Assembly: GCF_018350175.1 (NCBI RefSeq)
Contig: NC_058368.1
Coordinates: forward strand, 23,686,001 to 23,750,000
Source: Felis catus
Taxonomy: Eukaryota
Reading direction: 5' to 3'
Length of the DNA: 64,000 nucleotides
How positions within the stretch are numbered: position 1 is the first letter of the stretch; each line of letters starts with the position of its first letter. The notes under the pieces are model-generated. The model was given only the letters and a program-made list of their open reading frames with translations. It made no database searches and had not been told where the DNA came from. Made by a program: the position numbers and the translations under genes. Positions 51,291-64,000 of the stretch are shown one piece after another.

Positions 51291-54200
51291 AAATGAGTCA
51301 ATAGTTTCAGGAAATGTGAGAAATAATTCAATATGCCAGTATTTTGCCATTTTAAATAGAGATCCAAGGTAGTACTGTTTTTGAAAGATAAATTACCAAA
51401 ATTTGAGATTCTTTTTGTGAGCATAGGAAGAGTATAATACTCTACAGATTCCACCAAAATCAGTTTTGCTATTGTCCTCTTTAGGAAACTTAAAAAGAGC
51501 TTTCTCAACATACTCTATATGAAGGGGTGACAACAAAAAAATCACATTTGATTAATTAGAATGGCGTTTCAAAGCTAAACTAATGGGGCCCTGAATGACG
51601 CAGATAAATTACATACTTTACTTCTTCATTGCACTTTGTAAGCTTAGATGCAGGCTCAGTCTGGGATAAAGAAATGTTGACTATATGTTCCCTGGTAGAC
51701 GTTTATAAGCAACAGAAACTCAAAGAGAAATAAATACTGTCTGATCTACTAAGGGATCTGAATGCATAATAAATAAAACTAGTCATTGTATTTTTTCTCT
51801 GTCAATTTCTCTGTAGTTTGTCCAATAGAACTTTCAACCAGTTTTAAATGAAAATGAAAAACCATCACCACCACTACCCTACATTGCTTGTGAATTTAAA
51901 TAACCTGGCTTCATTTCTTTTATTTAGGTTGAAGACTGTTGAAACATTTTTCTCCACAACAGAAGGGCCACTTAATGTTAAAATGGAAGAAAGTTTGAAA
52001 AGTCGACATGGAGAAGAAGCTTTGTCCTGGCTGTTGCCTTTTCTAACTTAATCCTCTACTTGTAGTGTTTCTTACTTGGGGAAGAGAAGCATTTTGGGAT
52101 TGATCTGAAACGACTTAATTAGGTACCATCAAGCTGTCTTATGATTCAGGGAAATAGTTTTTTTTTTTTTTCATTTTTAGTTGTTCTGTCAAACCTCTTT
52201 TATAGCTACAGTAGTCACAGATGACTATACAAGATTATATTCTTAATTAAAATCTGAGAAAAAGAAATCTGTAATAAAGTTGCACTTAAAATGCCATGTA
52301 ATTTAGCCTTTTATTGGTTTGGTTTAGGGGGTTTTCTTACCAATCTACTTTCACACAAATCACTAAAACAAACGTTGATATATAGCAACTTAGATTTCAT
52401 ATTGCAACATGGCTTCTTTTTATTTGGTCATTTTTTTTCTTCTTTCCTCACTAATCTACTCACGCATGTAAAAGTTTATTATAGCTGAGTATTTATTATC
52501 ACTTATATAATAACTGTCATATTAAAAATGCTTACATTTTATCCTAATCCAAACATTTTAAAATGTAAATATAATCAAGTTATAATTTGTCATTATTATC
52601 CTCTTTTCAGAGATATTTTAAGTTACTAAGCTAGTTAGTAAATCACACATTTGTAAGCCTACTTATAAGGCCAAGAGAGTTAACTTTTAAAGTTATTTTA
52701 TTTTTGTTTCTTTATATTTGATCATGTATAACCTCCTCTTTTTGATTGTGAAAGTTGTGTTTATGTAGAATGTAATGGGCCACTTTCTTCTAAGGCTGAG
52801 AGGCCCATCAACAACTGTTTTCTGTGAGTGTTATTAGCTAGTGTCCTTTTGAAAAACAGATGCCCCAGAATGGAATCTTGATTAATTATACAAGACACTG
52901 CTACTCTGTTCCACCCTTGTTGCTACATCCATCCGTACGTTGCTAGCCTCATTCGTAAGTGGATTCTCTTCTCAGATGAGATGGCAATAAGCTAGTGTCC
53001 TATGATTGTGGGTACTTGTGCTGAGAACAAACCTTTAACAGACTTATTTTTAATATATAAGATGCTAATATTTAGCTTGTTTAGCAATACCCCCATGAAT
53101 TGTATTGTTTATGAGAAAGTTAATTTACCTATATCAATTGCAACTCTTAATGCAAGTATATTGTGTTTATGCAATTGGTTTTATTTGCATTTGTATCAGA
53201 AAGCCAAATTCAGTAAAACCTTTAAAAATTTTGAAGCCTCTGATAAAACCTGACATTTTTCTGAAATAGCAAATTCCATTTACAACTCAGGTCAAAGATT
53301 GCCATCTCAGTCATTAAGGAACTAACTTTATTTCTGATTGGACAGTATCCATCTTAACCAAAATAAACCTACTCATTCTCTTCCTATGTCAATCTACCTT
53401 TATCCAGCTCCACAAAGTTCCACCTCAGGTAGGTTAATTTCCCTCCTTCTCTTACTCTTTATTCTTAGTCTCTTAGTATTTATTTAGAATAAAGGTGGCT
53501 TTATCCTGTAATACATTTTTTTTCCTAAAGAAGGAACTGTCACAGGGTTTCTTTCTGAGGCAGGAGTAGCTTTAATTTCAAGGTTTTCTTGTTGATAATG
53601 CTTCAGAATGCTTCATTTAAATATTGAGGATCTATGTGCTTCCTGACCCCTAAATGCCCATCTGATTCTCACGTGGAGTTCTTTTTCAGTCCCTGGTTTC
53701 TGAGTACTGCATGTTCTAGTCTCATATCCTTCTGCTCCCCATGGGAAAGGAAGCTCTCAGATTTACCTAAGCTCTCCCCACCCTCCTACTTGCTCGCTAT
53801 ACATATTCTATAAGTACAACTCTAGTATGCAGCCTGTTTGAGTCAAAATTGGAATCCTTTTGAAAGAAAGCTAATGAATGTGCTTATGTATGAATGGTAA
53901 GGGAAAGTGAAAAATCAAGAATCAAGAACACGTCCCCTCAGATGAGGTATATATAACTGGTACAACATAGTATCTGTGGACTTCATGCCAAAGACTGACA
54001 TGGAGATGACTGCCAAAGGGAAAAGACTGGAGAGAAACAACAGTTTTACTATGAACATATTAAGTTGGGGATGCCTACTGCGTATCTTCACACAGATATT
54101 AAGTGCAGAATTGCGCAGAAGCTGTAAATTCAGGCTTTGTCAGGTGATAAATGTGTTTCATTTTATGGACCTGGATGAGATGAGCAGGTAAAGAAGAGAG

Positions 54201-54670
54201 AAGATGGGCACAGACGAAATTTCACATTTTTGGCAGTTCAGGGCAGGGGGCAGTGGCAGTCACACTGGCAGAGGCACCTGGAAGACTGGTACTTTCAGCC
54301 AAGATAAGGATGAAAAGAAGTAGTTGGTGATTCATAACACACTGAGAAGAATCAAAACTCCCCTGCATGCACCTTGCAGAATTTTCTTTGTATTGTTTAC
54401 TGAAAATGTATAGCTTGATGGTTTGTCCTGATTTAACTGGTTATGCAGCTGGATTTTAGCCATATAATTAGTAGGAAATAAGGACCCTCAGTAAACACAT
54501 GTGTTGGCTCTCTTGAGACCAAGGCATCACTGTAAATGCTTAGAGGCTAACAATCCAAAGGTGAAGCATAGCCTGTGCTACTGAGAGAGGATCCTGGAAA
54601 CTACCTGGAAGTCTCAGAACTCTTTGATGTTTGTCTGCATTTTCCTTTTCCTGCTGCACTGTATCCTTAC

Positions 54671-54773
54671 CTTTACTGAGGTCCTAAAAGAGTATACCCT
54701 AGGAAGGTTCATGACTCCTTTCAATGATCCGACTCTGTGTAATTGCTGCAGTGATGAACCTCCTGGGAGGGAC
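54671..54773 (-). other. Candidate 103-nt spliced exon of an unidentified transcript
   Basis: Minus-strand acceptor atctcttgctttcag|G and donor AAG|gtaagg in unique sequence; one frame open; no recognised homology. Confidence 0.3.
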
Positions 54774-55970
54774 CTGAAAGCAAGAGATCCCACATTATGG
54801 CAATGGTAGAAGTTAGCCATGTTTCAGGGTTACTTAAAATCATTTTAGTCTTTTCAGAGTATAGCCTTGGATACCTTCTGAGAATACTGGGGAGTGGCCC
54901 TGTCCTTTGGGGGAAAGGATGGACAAGAATGAGCCAATGTTAATATGCACTGAATGGAACTACAAAAAGAACAAACAAAGCCCACGGTAAGTAGAAGGAA
55001 GGAAATAATAAAAATCAGAGCAGAAATAAATGAAATATAGCCTAAGAAAATAATAGAAAATATCAATGAAATCAAGGGCTGGTTCTTGGAAAAAGACAAA
55101 TGAAATTGATAAACCTTTTGCCAGACTCAACAAGAAAAAAGATGACCCAAATAAATAAAATCAGTAATAAAAGAGGAGAAATAACAATTAATATGACAAA
55201 AAAATTATAGGAGACTATCATAAAAAATTACGTGCTAACAAGTTGGACAACCAAGAAGAAATGAATTCCTAGGCACATAAAATCTTTCAAAACTTAATCA
55301 GGAAGAAATAAAAAATCTGAACAGACCAATTATCAGTAATGAAATTGAATTGGTAATCAAAAAACTACCAACAGAAAAAAAAGCCTAGAACCAGATGGAT
55401 TCAAAGGTGAATTCTATCAAACATCTAAAGAAAAATTAATACAATTCTCCTCAAACTATTACAAAAAAATAAAAGAGGAAAGAGAGATCCCAAATACATT
55501 CTTTGAGGCCAGCATTACCCTGATATCAAAACTGACAAAGATGCAACCCCTCCCCCCAAAAAAGGCAGGAAAATACCCCTGATGAACATAGATGCAAAAT
55601 TCCTTAACATAATATTAGCAATCTACATTCAATGATACCTTAAAAGGATCATTCACCACAGTCATGTGAGACTGCTGCCAGGGATGCAAGGATGGTTCAG
55701 TATTCTCAAATCAAACAACATGATAAAACACATCAACAAAACAAAGGATAAAAATCATTATTGCCTCAAAAATACAAAAAAAAAAACACCTCACTTGATA
55801 AAATACAACCTTCATTCATGCTAAAAACTCTCAACAAGGTAAAGCTAGAGGAAACATACCTCAACATAATAAAGGCCAAATATGAAAAACTAATGGATAA
55901 AACCATATTTAATGGTGAAAAACTGAGAACTTTTCTTGCAAGATCAAGACAAAATACTCCAGCCACTTTT

Positions 55971-56181
55971 TTTTTTAACGTTTATTTATTTTTGAGAGAG
56001 AGAGAGAGACAGAGCATGAATGGGGGAGGGGCAGAGAGAGAGGGAGACACAGAATCGGAAGCAGGCTCCAGGCTCTGAGCCGTCAGCCCAGAGCCCAATG
56101 CAGGGCTCGAACTCAAGGATGGCGAGATCGTGACCTGAGTTGAAGTCGGACGCTCAACCGACTGAGCCACCCAGGCGCCCA
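55971..56181 (-). mobile_element. Younger Can-SINE
   Basis: TSD ccagccactttt (55959-55970 / 56182-56193). Confidence 0.96.
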
Positions 56182-56193
56182 CCAGCCACTTTT

Positions 56194-56411
56194 TAAAAAG
56201 TTTACTTATTTATTGTGAGAAAGAGAGAAATAAAGCATGTACATACACATGAACAGGGAGAAGAGGGAGAGGGGGAGAGAGAATCCCAAGCGCAACCCAT
56301 GCTGTCAGCATGGAGCCTGATGCAGTGCTCGGACCCATGAACTGTGAGACCAAGACCCGAACTGAAATCAAGAGTCAGATGTTTAACCAACTGAGCCATC
56401 CAGGTGTCCCC
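56194..56411 (-). mobile_element. Older Can-SINE
   Basis: TSD actc(c/t)agccactt (55956-55968 / 56412-56424). Confidence 0.93.
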
Positions 56412-58779
56412 ACTCTAGCCACTTCTATTCAATTCAGCATACTACTGGAAGTCCTAGCCACAGCAATCAGATAACAAAAAGAATAAAAGGCATTCATATT
56501 GTCAAACAAGAAGTTAAAATGTCACTATTTGCAGATGACATGATACTATACATAGAAAATCCTAGATGCCATCAAAAAACTATTAGAATAAATAAACTCA
56601 TTAAAGCTGCTGGATACAAAACTAATACATGAAATCAACTGTGTTTCTACACTAATATCAAAGTAGCAGAAAGAGAAATTAAGAAAACAGTTCCATTTAA
56701 AACTGCACCAAAAAGAATAATATACCTAGGAATAAACTTAACAAAGGAGGTGAAAGACCTGTACTCTGAAAACTATAAAACACTGATGAAGAAATTGAAG
56801 ATGATACAAACAAATGGAAAGATAGGGCAAGGTCACAGATTAGAAGAACTGATACTGTTAAAATGTCCATACTACCCAAAGCAATACACAGATTCAATGC
56901 AATCTTCATCAAAATGCCATCAGCATTTTTCAGAGAACTAGAACATATACTCCTAAAATGTGTAGGGGACTGCAAAAGACTTTGAATAACCAAAGCAATC
57001 TTGAGAAACAGTAACAAAGCTGGAGATATCACAATTTCCTATTTCAAGATATACTACAAAGATGTACTAATCAAAACATCATGGTACTGGCATAAAAATA
57101 GACACATAGATCAAGGGTATTGACCTATCATAGTACAGAGAATCCAGAAATAAACCCATGATCATATGATCAGTCAGTTAATCTACGACAAAGGAGGCAA
57201 GAATATACAATTTGGGAAAAACAATATCTTCAGTAAGTGGTGCTGGGAAAACTGAACAGCTACATGTAAAAGAATGGAAATGGACCACTTTTTTTTTAAC
57301 ACCCTAAACAAGAATAAACTCAAATGTACTGAAGACCTCAATGTGAGACCTGAAACCATAAAACTCCTAGAAGAAAGCATAGGCGGTAATTTCTCTAACA
57401 CCGGGCATAACAACATTTTTTCTAGATATGTCTCCTCAGGGAAAAGAAAAAAAAAAGAAACTATTGGGAATATGCCAAAATAAAAATATTTGCACAATGA
57501 AGAAAGTAATCAACAAAATAAAAAAGGCAGCCTAAAGAATGGGAGAAGATGTTTACAAATGATATAGCCAAAGGGGTTAATATCTAAAATATATAAAGAA
57601 CTTATATAGCTCAGCACCAAAAAATCTAATTAAAAAATGCACAGATGACATAAACATTTTTCCAAAGAAGACATACAGAGGGCCACCAGACACATGAAGA
57701 GATGCTCAGTATCACTAATCATCAGGGAAATGCAAATCAAAATATATCAAAAACACAGGAAACAATAAATGTTGGTGAGGATACATAGAAAAAGAAATCT
57801 TGTGCACTGACGTTGGGAATACAAACTGGTACAGCCACTGTGGAGAACAGTATGGAGTTTCCTAAAAAAATTAAAAGTAGAAACACCATATAGTGCATTA
57901 ATTCCACTCCTGGGTATTTACCCAAAGGAAATAAACTAATTTGAAAAGATATATACACCCCTATGTTTATGGCAGCATTATTTGCAATTTGCACTATTTG
58001 CAGCATTACTTGCAATTAATTGATAGACCAAATGTCTGTCAATATATGGGTGGATACAGAAGATATGGTATATTTATATAATGGAACATCAGTGAGCCAC
58101 GAAAAAGAATGAGATCTTGCCATTTGTGACGACATGGATGGATCTAGAGGGCATTATGCTAAGTAAAATAAGTCAGATAAAGAAAGACAAATACCATATG
58201 ATTTTACTCGTATGTGGAATCTAAAAATCTAAAAAAATAAAACAAAAAACGGAAACAGACCCATAAATACAAAGAATAAACTGATAGTTGCCAGAGGGGA
58301 AGGCAGTGGTATGGTGGGCAATACAGGTAAAGGGGATTGGGAGATACAGACTTCTAGTTATGGAATGAGTAAGTCATGGGGATAAAAGGCACAGCATAGG
58401 GAATGTAGTCAATCAGAATCCATTGTGTTGTATCGTCAGTGATGATCATCTGATCATAGATGCCATATTGTGATGAGTATAACATAATGTATAGACTTGT
58501 ACAATCACTCTATTGTACACCTGGGACTAATGTAACACTGTGTGTCCACTGTACTTCAATAAAAATAAGAACGAGGCAATTTCATCTTTGTATATGGCAT
58601 AGCCCCTGGCACATAGTGGGCACCTAGAAAAATATTTTTGAAATAAATGGATGATTTAAGAAATATACACATGAAGAGAGGTGGTCATAGAGATTTGTTT
58701 TTCTACAGCTTTCAACTTCAGAGGGTGGTTCAAACCATAGCAGTTTGATTTCTCCAACAATCCTAGGATATTCCTACAT

Positions 58780-59132
58780 CAGGGCCTGTGTCTTTGCTTT
58801 TCCTTTTCTTAGGCCACATCCCCCATACATCATCAAAGTTCATTCCCTTACTTCATTCAGGATAGTGCTCAAATAAGGACACTCTTGTTGATCACCATAT
58901 CAAACATAGTTCCCCCTCATCTATCCCTCTTTATGCCATTTCATTGTTCTTCACAGAACATCTCACCACATGATCTTCTATTATCTGTGTATCTGTTGGT
59001 CTGTGTATTTAAAGGACTGCCATATTGAATGTAAGGTCCATCTGAGTGATTTGTATTGTGTTTACTGCTCTAATCTAGTGCTTGGAACAGTGGCACAGAT
59101 TACATGCTCAAAAAACACTTGTTGGATGAATA
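58780..59132 (+). mobile_element. L2 3' end
   Basis: tcccttacttcattcagg...gaatgtaaggtccat...tagtgcttggaacagtggcac...tgctcaa...ttgttggatgaat. Confidence 0.8.
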
Positions 59133-59177
59133 AGCTCTCATGACTACACTATGGATTTCACCCATATGGTTGGGCAT

Positions 59178-59270
59178 TAGAGTCATCAACCATCCTAATT
59201 AACCTTGGACTGAGGAGATTCCTGGGATTCAAAACCTTCTGTTTTAAAGCCAGACAAGTAGGTCATCTTA
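59178..59270. mobile_element. MER94-like hAT MITE
   Basis: tagagtcatcaaccatcc ... ggtcatctta termini; ggactgaggagattcctggga. Confidence 0.55.
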
Positions 59271-59299
59271 CTCAATTTCTGCTTTAATTTCTTGTTTTG

Positions 59300-59417
59300 T
59301 CATTCACTCATTTGTTGATCAATATTTATTTAGCACCTATCATATGAGAGGCACTGTTTTAGTTACTGGAAACACAGCAACGAACAAGTCAAATAAAGCT
59401 CCTGCTATCATAAAGCA
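59300..59417 (-). mobile_element. L2 3' end
   Basis: tcattcactcatt...atatttatttagcacctatcatatgagaggcactgttttag. Confidence 0.75.
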
Positions 59418-59956
59418 GGACCATGACCCTGGATTGATGACCCTTGGATGCTGAGGTTCACTCTACACAGTATGACAGATATTAAGCCCCAGGATATGGT
59501 GGGTTGAATATCACTGGTCAGCAGGTGTTACTCAGGAGAAATGTAGGCCAGGGTTGGAGTTGAGTCCACCCTGTGGTGGAAGGTATAGTCAACATCCAGC
59601 AAGAACTCAGATGCCCTGGATTCTGGCCAACACCTTCATTCCAGTCTTTAGCCAAGACATATCAAAACCCACATATGTATTTTAACTTATTTTCCTGTTA
59701 ACATTAATAAGAGTTAAACATGTGGTGACTGGAAGAATCAGCAGAGCTCTAGTCTAAGGCAAAGTTGAAAGAAAGGCAAAGTGACTGCTTCCTTCCTACA
59801 TCTAACCTTTGTGCCAGAGGCATTATGTCCCATTATCCTTTTAGGTCAAATTTAACCAGCTTGAGGCTTTCCTTTTATTCTCCAGAATTCTTCCTACTCA
59901 GTAGTAGTTATTTGTCTTATTCCTCATTGTTATGAGAAAAGTAATTCCTAGTGTCT

Positions 59957-59958
<2 letters not shown>

Positions 59959-60005
<47 letters not shown>
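59959..60005. repeat. (TA)n microsatellite, about 23 units
   Basis: Seen directly. Confidence 0.97.
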
Positions 60006-60007
<2 letters not shown>

Positions 60008-60875
60008 TTGTTAGATCGTCAACTATCAGATAACCTATGTGCATCTTATAATTAGTTTCCTAAAGGTAACTTACCCAAAATTTTGACTCTATTGACTGGA
60101 ATTTTATGTGGTGTATCATGACTATCATGGAGAGAGTTAGCTCTTCACAAATATTGGGTAAGCTGTGACCACCTCCAAGAGCTGCAAAATACATTTAAAT
60201 TTTCCATTTCAGGTCTCACACATCTTATTTCCCCTTTGGTGATCATTTCTTTCTGCCCTCAGGCCAGGAGGCCCATGATTTCATAAATATATGCCATAGA
60301 CATTTTGAATATCAGCATACAGCTTCTGCTTTCTCTTCAAATGGTTAAACAGTTTCCCTTGTATAGTGGGCATGTGGCTAAGGATGACATTTGAAGATAC
60401 TTGGCTCTGTGCTTGGCTGTTCAACTTTCTCAGCATCCCTGTCAAGCAGTTTAATTATGCAAATGAGAACTCCTTAACAGAGGGGTTGGGGGAGGTGTGT
60501 CAGAGAGAAAGAGTACAGAGAACTGCTAGACAGGAATTAGGCCAAGAATATCCACACTTCCTATATTGAGAAAGCTCCAGGGATTTTTTTTCTTTCCCGC
60601 CAAGATAAAAAATAATTTGAAAGTCTGCTCTTTTAACTTCTTCTACAGTTTTCTTCTGTCATACTTCCTGTTCCAAAAAAAAAAAAAAGTATAGATTTTT
60701 AAAATGTTGGTTTTTGTTTTAGCTTCTAGAGTGTCTCTGTCTCCCTTTAAGAGAATGCCATAATGAAATAACAGTGGTGTGTTCATGTTAAATTTTTTAA
60801 GTGTTTAAGGATAAAAGAGTTTTCCTTGTTGCCTTCTTATGATATGTAGGTTCTGACTCAAAGATGGAATCTAAT

Positions 60876-63145
60876 CCACAGAAAAAGTATTTGACAAAGT
60901 ATGACATCCATTCATGATAAAAAACCTCAACAAAGTAGGTTTAGTAGGTTTAGAGAGACCTCAACATAATCAAGGTCATATATGAAAAAACCTACAGCTA
61001 ATATCATCCCAGATGGGGAAAAACTTAGAGTTTTTACTTTATGCTCAGGAACAAGAAAGGGATGTCCACTCTCACCACTTTTAATTGACATGGTACTAGA
61101 AGTCCCAGCCACAGCAATCAGACAACAAAAAGAAATAAAAGGCATCCAAATCAGCAAGGAAGAAGTAAAACTTTCACTATTTTCAGATGACATAATACTC
61201 TATACAGAAAACCTGAAAGACTCCACCAGAAAACTGCTAGAACTGATAAATTCAGTAGGAGTTAAAGGATACAAAATCAACATGCAGAGATCTGTTGCAT
61301 TTTAATGATGAAGCAGCAGAAAGAGAAGTTAAGGAATCAATCTCATTTATAATTGCACCAAAAATAATAAAATACCCAGGAATAAATCTAAGCAAACACA
61401 TGAAACACCTGTACTCTGAAAACTATGAAACAGTGATGAAAGAAATTGAAGATGACACCAAGAAATGGAAAGACATTCCATGCTCATGGATTGGAAGAAC
61501 AGATATTGTTAAAATGTCTATACTCCCCAAATCAATCTATACATTTAATGCAATCCCTATCAAAATAGCACTAGCATTCTTCACAGAACTAGAAGAAACA
61601 ATCCTAAAATTTGTATGGAGCCACAAAAGATCCCAAATAGCCAAAGAAATCTTGAAAAAGGAAAGTAGAGCTGGAAGCATCATGATTCCATAATTCAGTT
61701 ATATTACAAAGCTGTAGTAATCAAAACCATATGCTATTGGTACAAAAATGTATCTGCAGAATAGAAAAACCAGAAATAAACCTTCAATTATATGGTCCAT
61801 TAATCTCCAACAAAGCAGGAAAGAATATCCAAATGGAAAAAGACTGTCTCTTCAATAAATGGTGTTTGGAAAACTGGACAGCAACATGCAAAAGAATGAA
61901 ACTGGACCACCTTCTTACACCATATACAAAAATAAATTCAAAACAGATGCAAGACCAAAATGTGAGACCTGAACCCACAAAAAATTTCCTAGAAGTGAAC
62001 ACTGGCAGTAGCTACTTTGACATCAACCATAGAAACTTCTTTCTAGTTATATCTGCGAGACAAAGGAAACAAAAGGAAAAATAAACTATTGGGACTACAT
62101 AAAAATTAAAAGGTTCTGCACAGTGAAAGAAATGATCAACAAAGTAAAATGGGAGAAGACATTTGCAAATGACATATCCAATAAAGAGTTATTATCCACA
62201 ATATATAAAGAACTTATACCACTCAATACCCAAAAAACAAATAATCCAATTAAAAATGGACAGAAGACATGACTAGACATTTTTCCAAGGAAGAAAGACA
62301 TTTTGCCAAGGAAGATGGCCAAAGGAAATATCAAAAGATCCTCAACATCTCTTATCACCAGGGAAATTCAAATCAAAACTATAATGAGACATCACCTCAC
62401 ACCTGTCACAATGGCTAAAATCAACAACACAAGAAATGACAGGTATTGGCAAGGATGTGAGAAAGGGGAACACTCTTGAACTGTTGGTGGTTATGCAAAC
62501 TGGCACAGCCACTCTGAGAAAGAGTATGGAGGTTCCTCAAAAAGTTAGAAATAGGACTGTCCTATGATCCACTAATTTCACTACTGGGTATTTACCCAAA
62601 GAATACAACAATACTAATTCAAAGGGATACGTGCACCCTGAAGTTTATAGCATTAGTATTTACAACAGTCAAATTATGAAAGCAGCCCAAGTGTCGACTA
62701 TGAATGGATAAGGAAGATGTGGTGTGTATATACTATATTACTCAACCATAAAAATGAAATCTTGTCCTTTGTAACAACATGGATAGAGCTAGAGAATATT
62801 ATGCTAAGTGAAATAAGTGAGTCAGAAAAAAGACAAATACCATATAATCTCACTCATATGTGGAATTTAAGAAACAAATGAGCAAAGAGAGAGAGAGAAA
62901 GGCAAAAAAAAAAAAAGAATGGAAGAAAAGAAAAACAGAGTTCTCTTAATTATAGAGAACAGACTGATTACCAGAAGGGAGTTGGGGGGGGGGATGGGTG
63001 AAATAGGTGATGGGGATTAAGAAGAGCAACTTGTGATAAACCCTGGGTGATGTGGGGAAATGCTGAATCACTGCGTTGTACACTTGAAACTAATATTACA
63101 CTGTATGTTAGCTAAATGGAATTTAAATTAAAACTTTAAAAAAAA
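60876..63145 (+). mobile_element. LINE-1, 2.3 kb 5'-truncated, disabled
   Basis: RT motifs [12 protein letters not shown] and LFSDD; 3'UTR and polyA; TSD gaatctaat (60867-60875 / 63146-63154). Confidence 0.96.
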
Positions 63146-63547
63146 GAATCTAATGGTGGTGTTGGTGGGAATAGCAATGGATCCCCCTCCAGGGATGTCT
63201 TGTGCTCTAAGGTCTAAATGACCTAACAGTCTTGGGACAGGACTGGCCATAGCTGCCCAGTATGAGTGTAGCTTCCTTGGAGAGATGTAGACCCATAGAA
63301 CAAGGGCTAAAGAGGTTAATACTTACACAGCCAATATCCAGCTGTGTCTTGTTCAGTAATGTAAATATTTGACTTTATTGACTTGTGTAATGAAAATTTG
63401 TCAAAATCTTTATAGAGTTCAACTATAAAACACAGTATATTAAATAAGTAATAAATAAAACACAGTATCTCAAAATTTTAATGCATAAGCAAAATCATAT
63501 AAATTCTCAGGGACAGAGTTTCCTCATACATAATTAAAACTCTTCCA

Positions 63548-63910
63548 ACTCAACAAATATTTGTAGAGGACCCACTACTTGCTTAAAACAATGCTAGGCC
63601 CTAGACACATGAGGATGAGTAAAACAGACACAAGTCCTTCCCCTAATGGAACAGGGCATTGGTGGAGACAAATAGCACATATATTAATCACATAGGTAGA
63701 AACTGTATAAGGTCAATCAAGGAAGAGAATGGTTTTCTAGAAATAACAAGAATAACTTAGTATAAATAAGGTGGTCAGGAATGGTCTCTGGAGAGAGTAG
63801 CATTTGATCTGAGACCTGGGAAATGAGTATAAGCTAATTGGATGAAGAGAGAAGCTAAGGGAGTTCCAGGTGGAAGGAGCAGCAAAGAGAACATTCCAGA
63901 ATAGGAATGA
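63548..63910 (-). mobile_element. L2 3' region
   Basis: tcaacaaatatttg...tgctaggccctag...ggtggtcaggaatggtctctggagagagtagcatttgatctgagacctg. Confidence 0.8.
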
Positions 63911-64000
63911 CTACTAATTATCTGAAGAGTTTTTTTAGTTCCTTCAGTACAAGAACTATGTCTTACTTATTTTTATATCCCAGAAACCTAGCGTAATACC

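Larger units (their letters stand above)
54939..58566 (+). mobile_element. Older carnivore LINE-1, 5'-truncated and disabled, carrying two SINEs
   Basis: ORF2 debris including tttgcagatgac (FADD), 3'UTR and A tail; TSD aagaatgagccaat (54925-54938) / aagaacgaggcaat (58567-58580). Confidence 0.95.

Noticed and set aside
51848..52051. Plus-strand terminal exon after ttcttttatttag
   Set aside because: A single splice site and a short unrecognised frame are expected by chance.
1111..62358. ORFs of 100-225 aa (e.g. 38875-39552, 13160-13510, 61295-61693) as host genes
   Set aside because: They are L1 ORF2 fragments or their antisense shadows, lying in elements with stops and frameshifts.

Overview
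This is mammalian, non-coding, AT-rich genomic DNA from a carnivore, most likely a felid. The assignment rests on tRNA-derived Can-SINEs of the SINEC_Fc type and on young LINE-1 3' ends finishing ...ggaaaccaatttgacaataaatttcatat-polyA. Roughly a third of the window is LINE-1: one full-length but inactivated ~6.9 kb copy at 33158-40085, three 2-3.6 kb 5'-truncated copies, and many short 3' ends. It also holds about 20 Can-SINEs, most with readable target-site duplications (TSDs), older MIR/L2, MLT LTR, Tigger and hAT relics, and microsatellites. The recognisable ORFs in the track are L1 ORF1/ORF2 debris or SINE read-through; the rest look like chance, and I recognise no host protein-coding gene. 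I did not find a new biological system. The structure worth a second look is mechanistic: four twin-primed (5'-inverted) L1s including one nested in a SINE tail, serial SINE-on-SINE insertions, a back-to-back pair of L1 3' ends, a patchwork duplication/hairpin repair scar, a hAT transposase fossil, recurrent microsatellite birth at one L1 site, and an L1 strand bias plus candidate exons hinting at a minus-strand (possibly non-coding) transcript. Family names come from recalled consensus sequences, not a database search, and boundaries of old elements are approximate.
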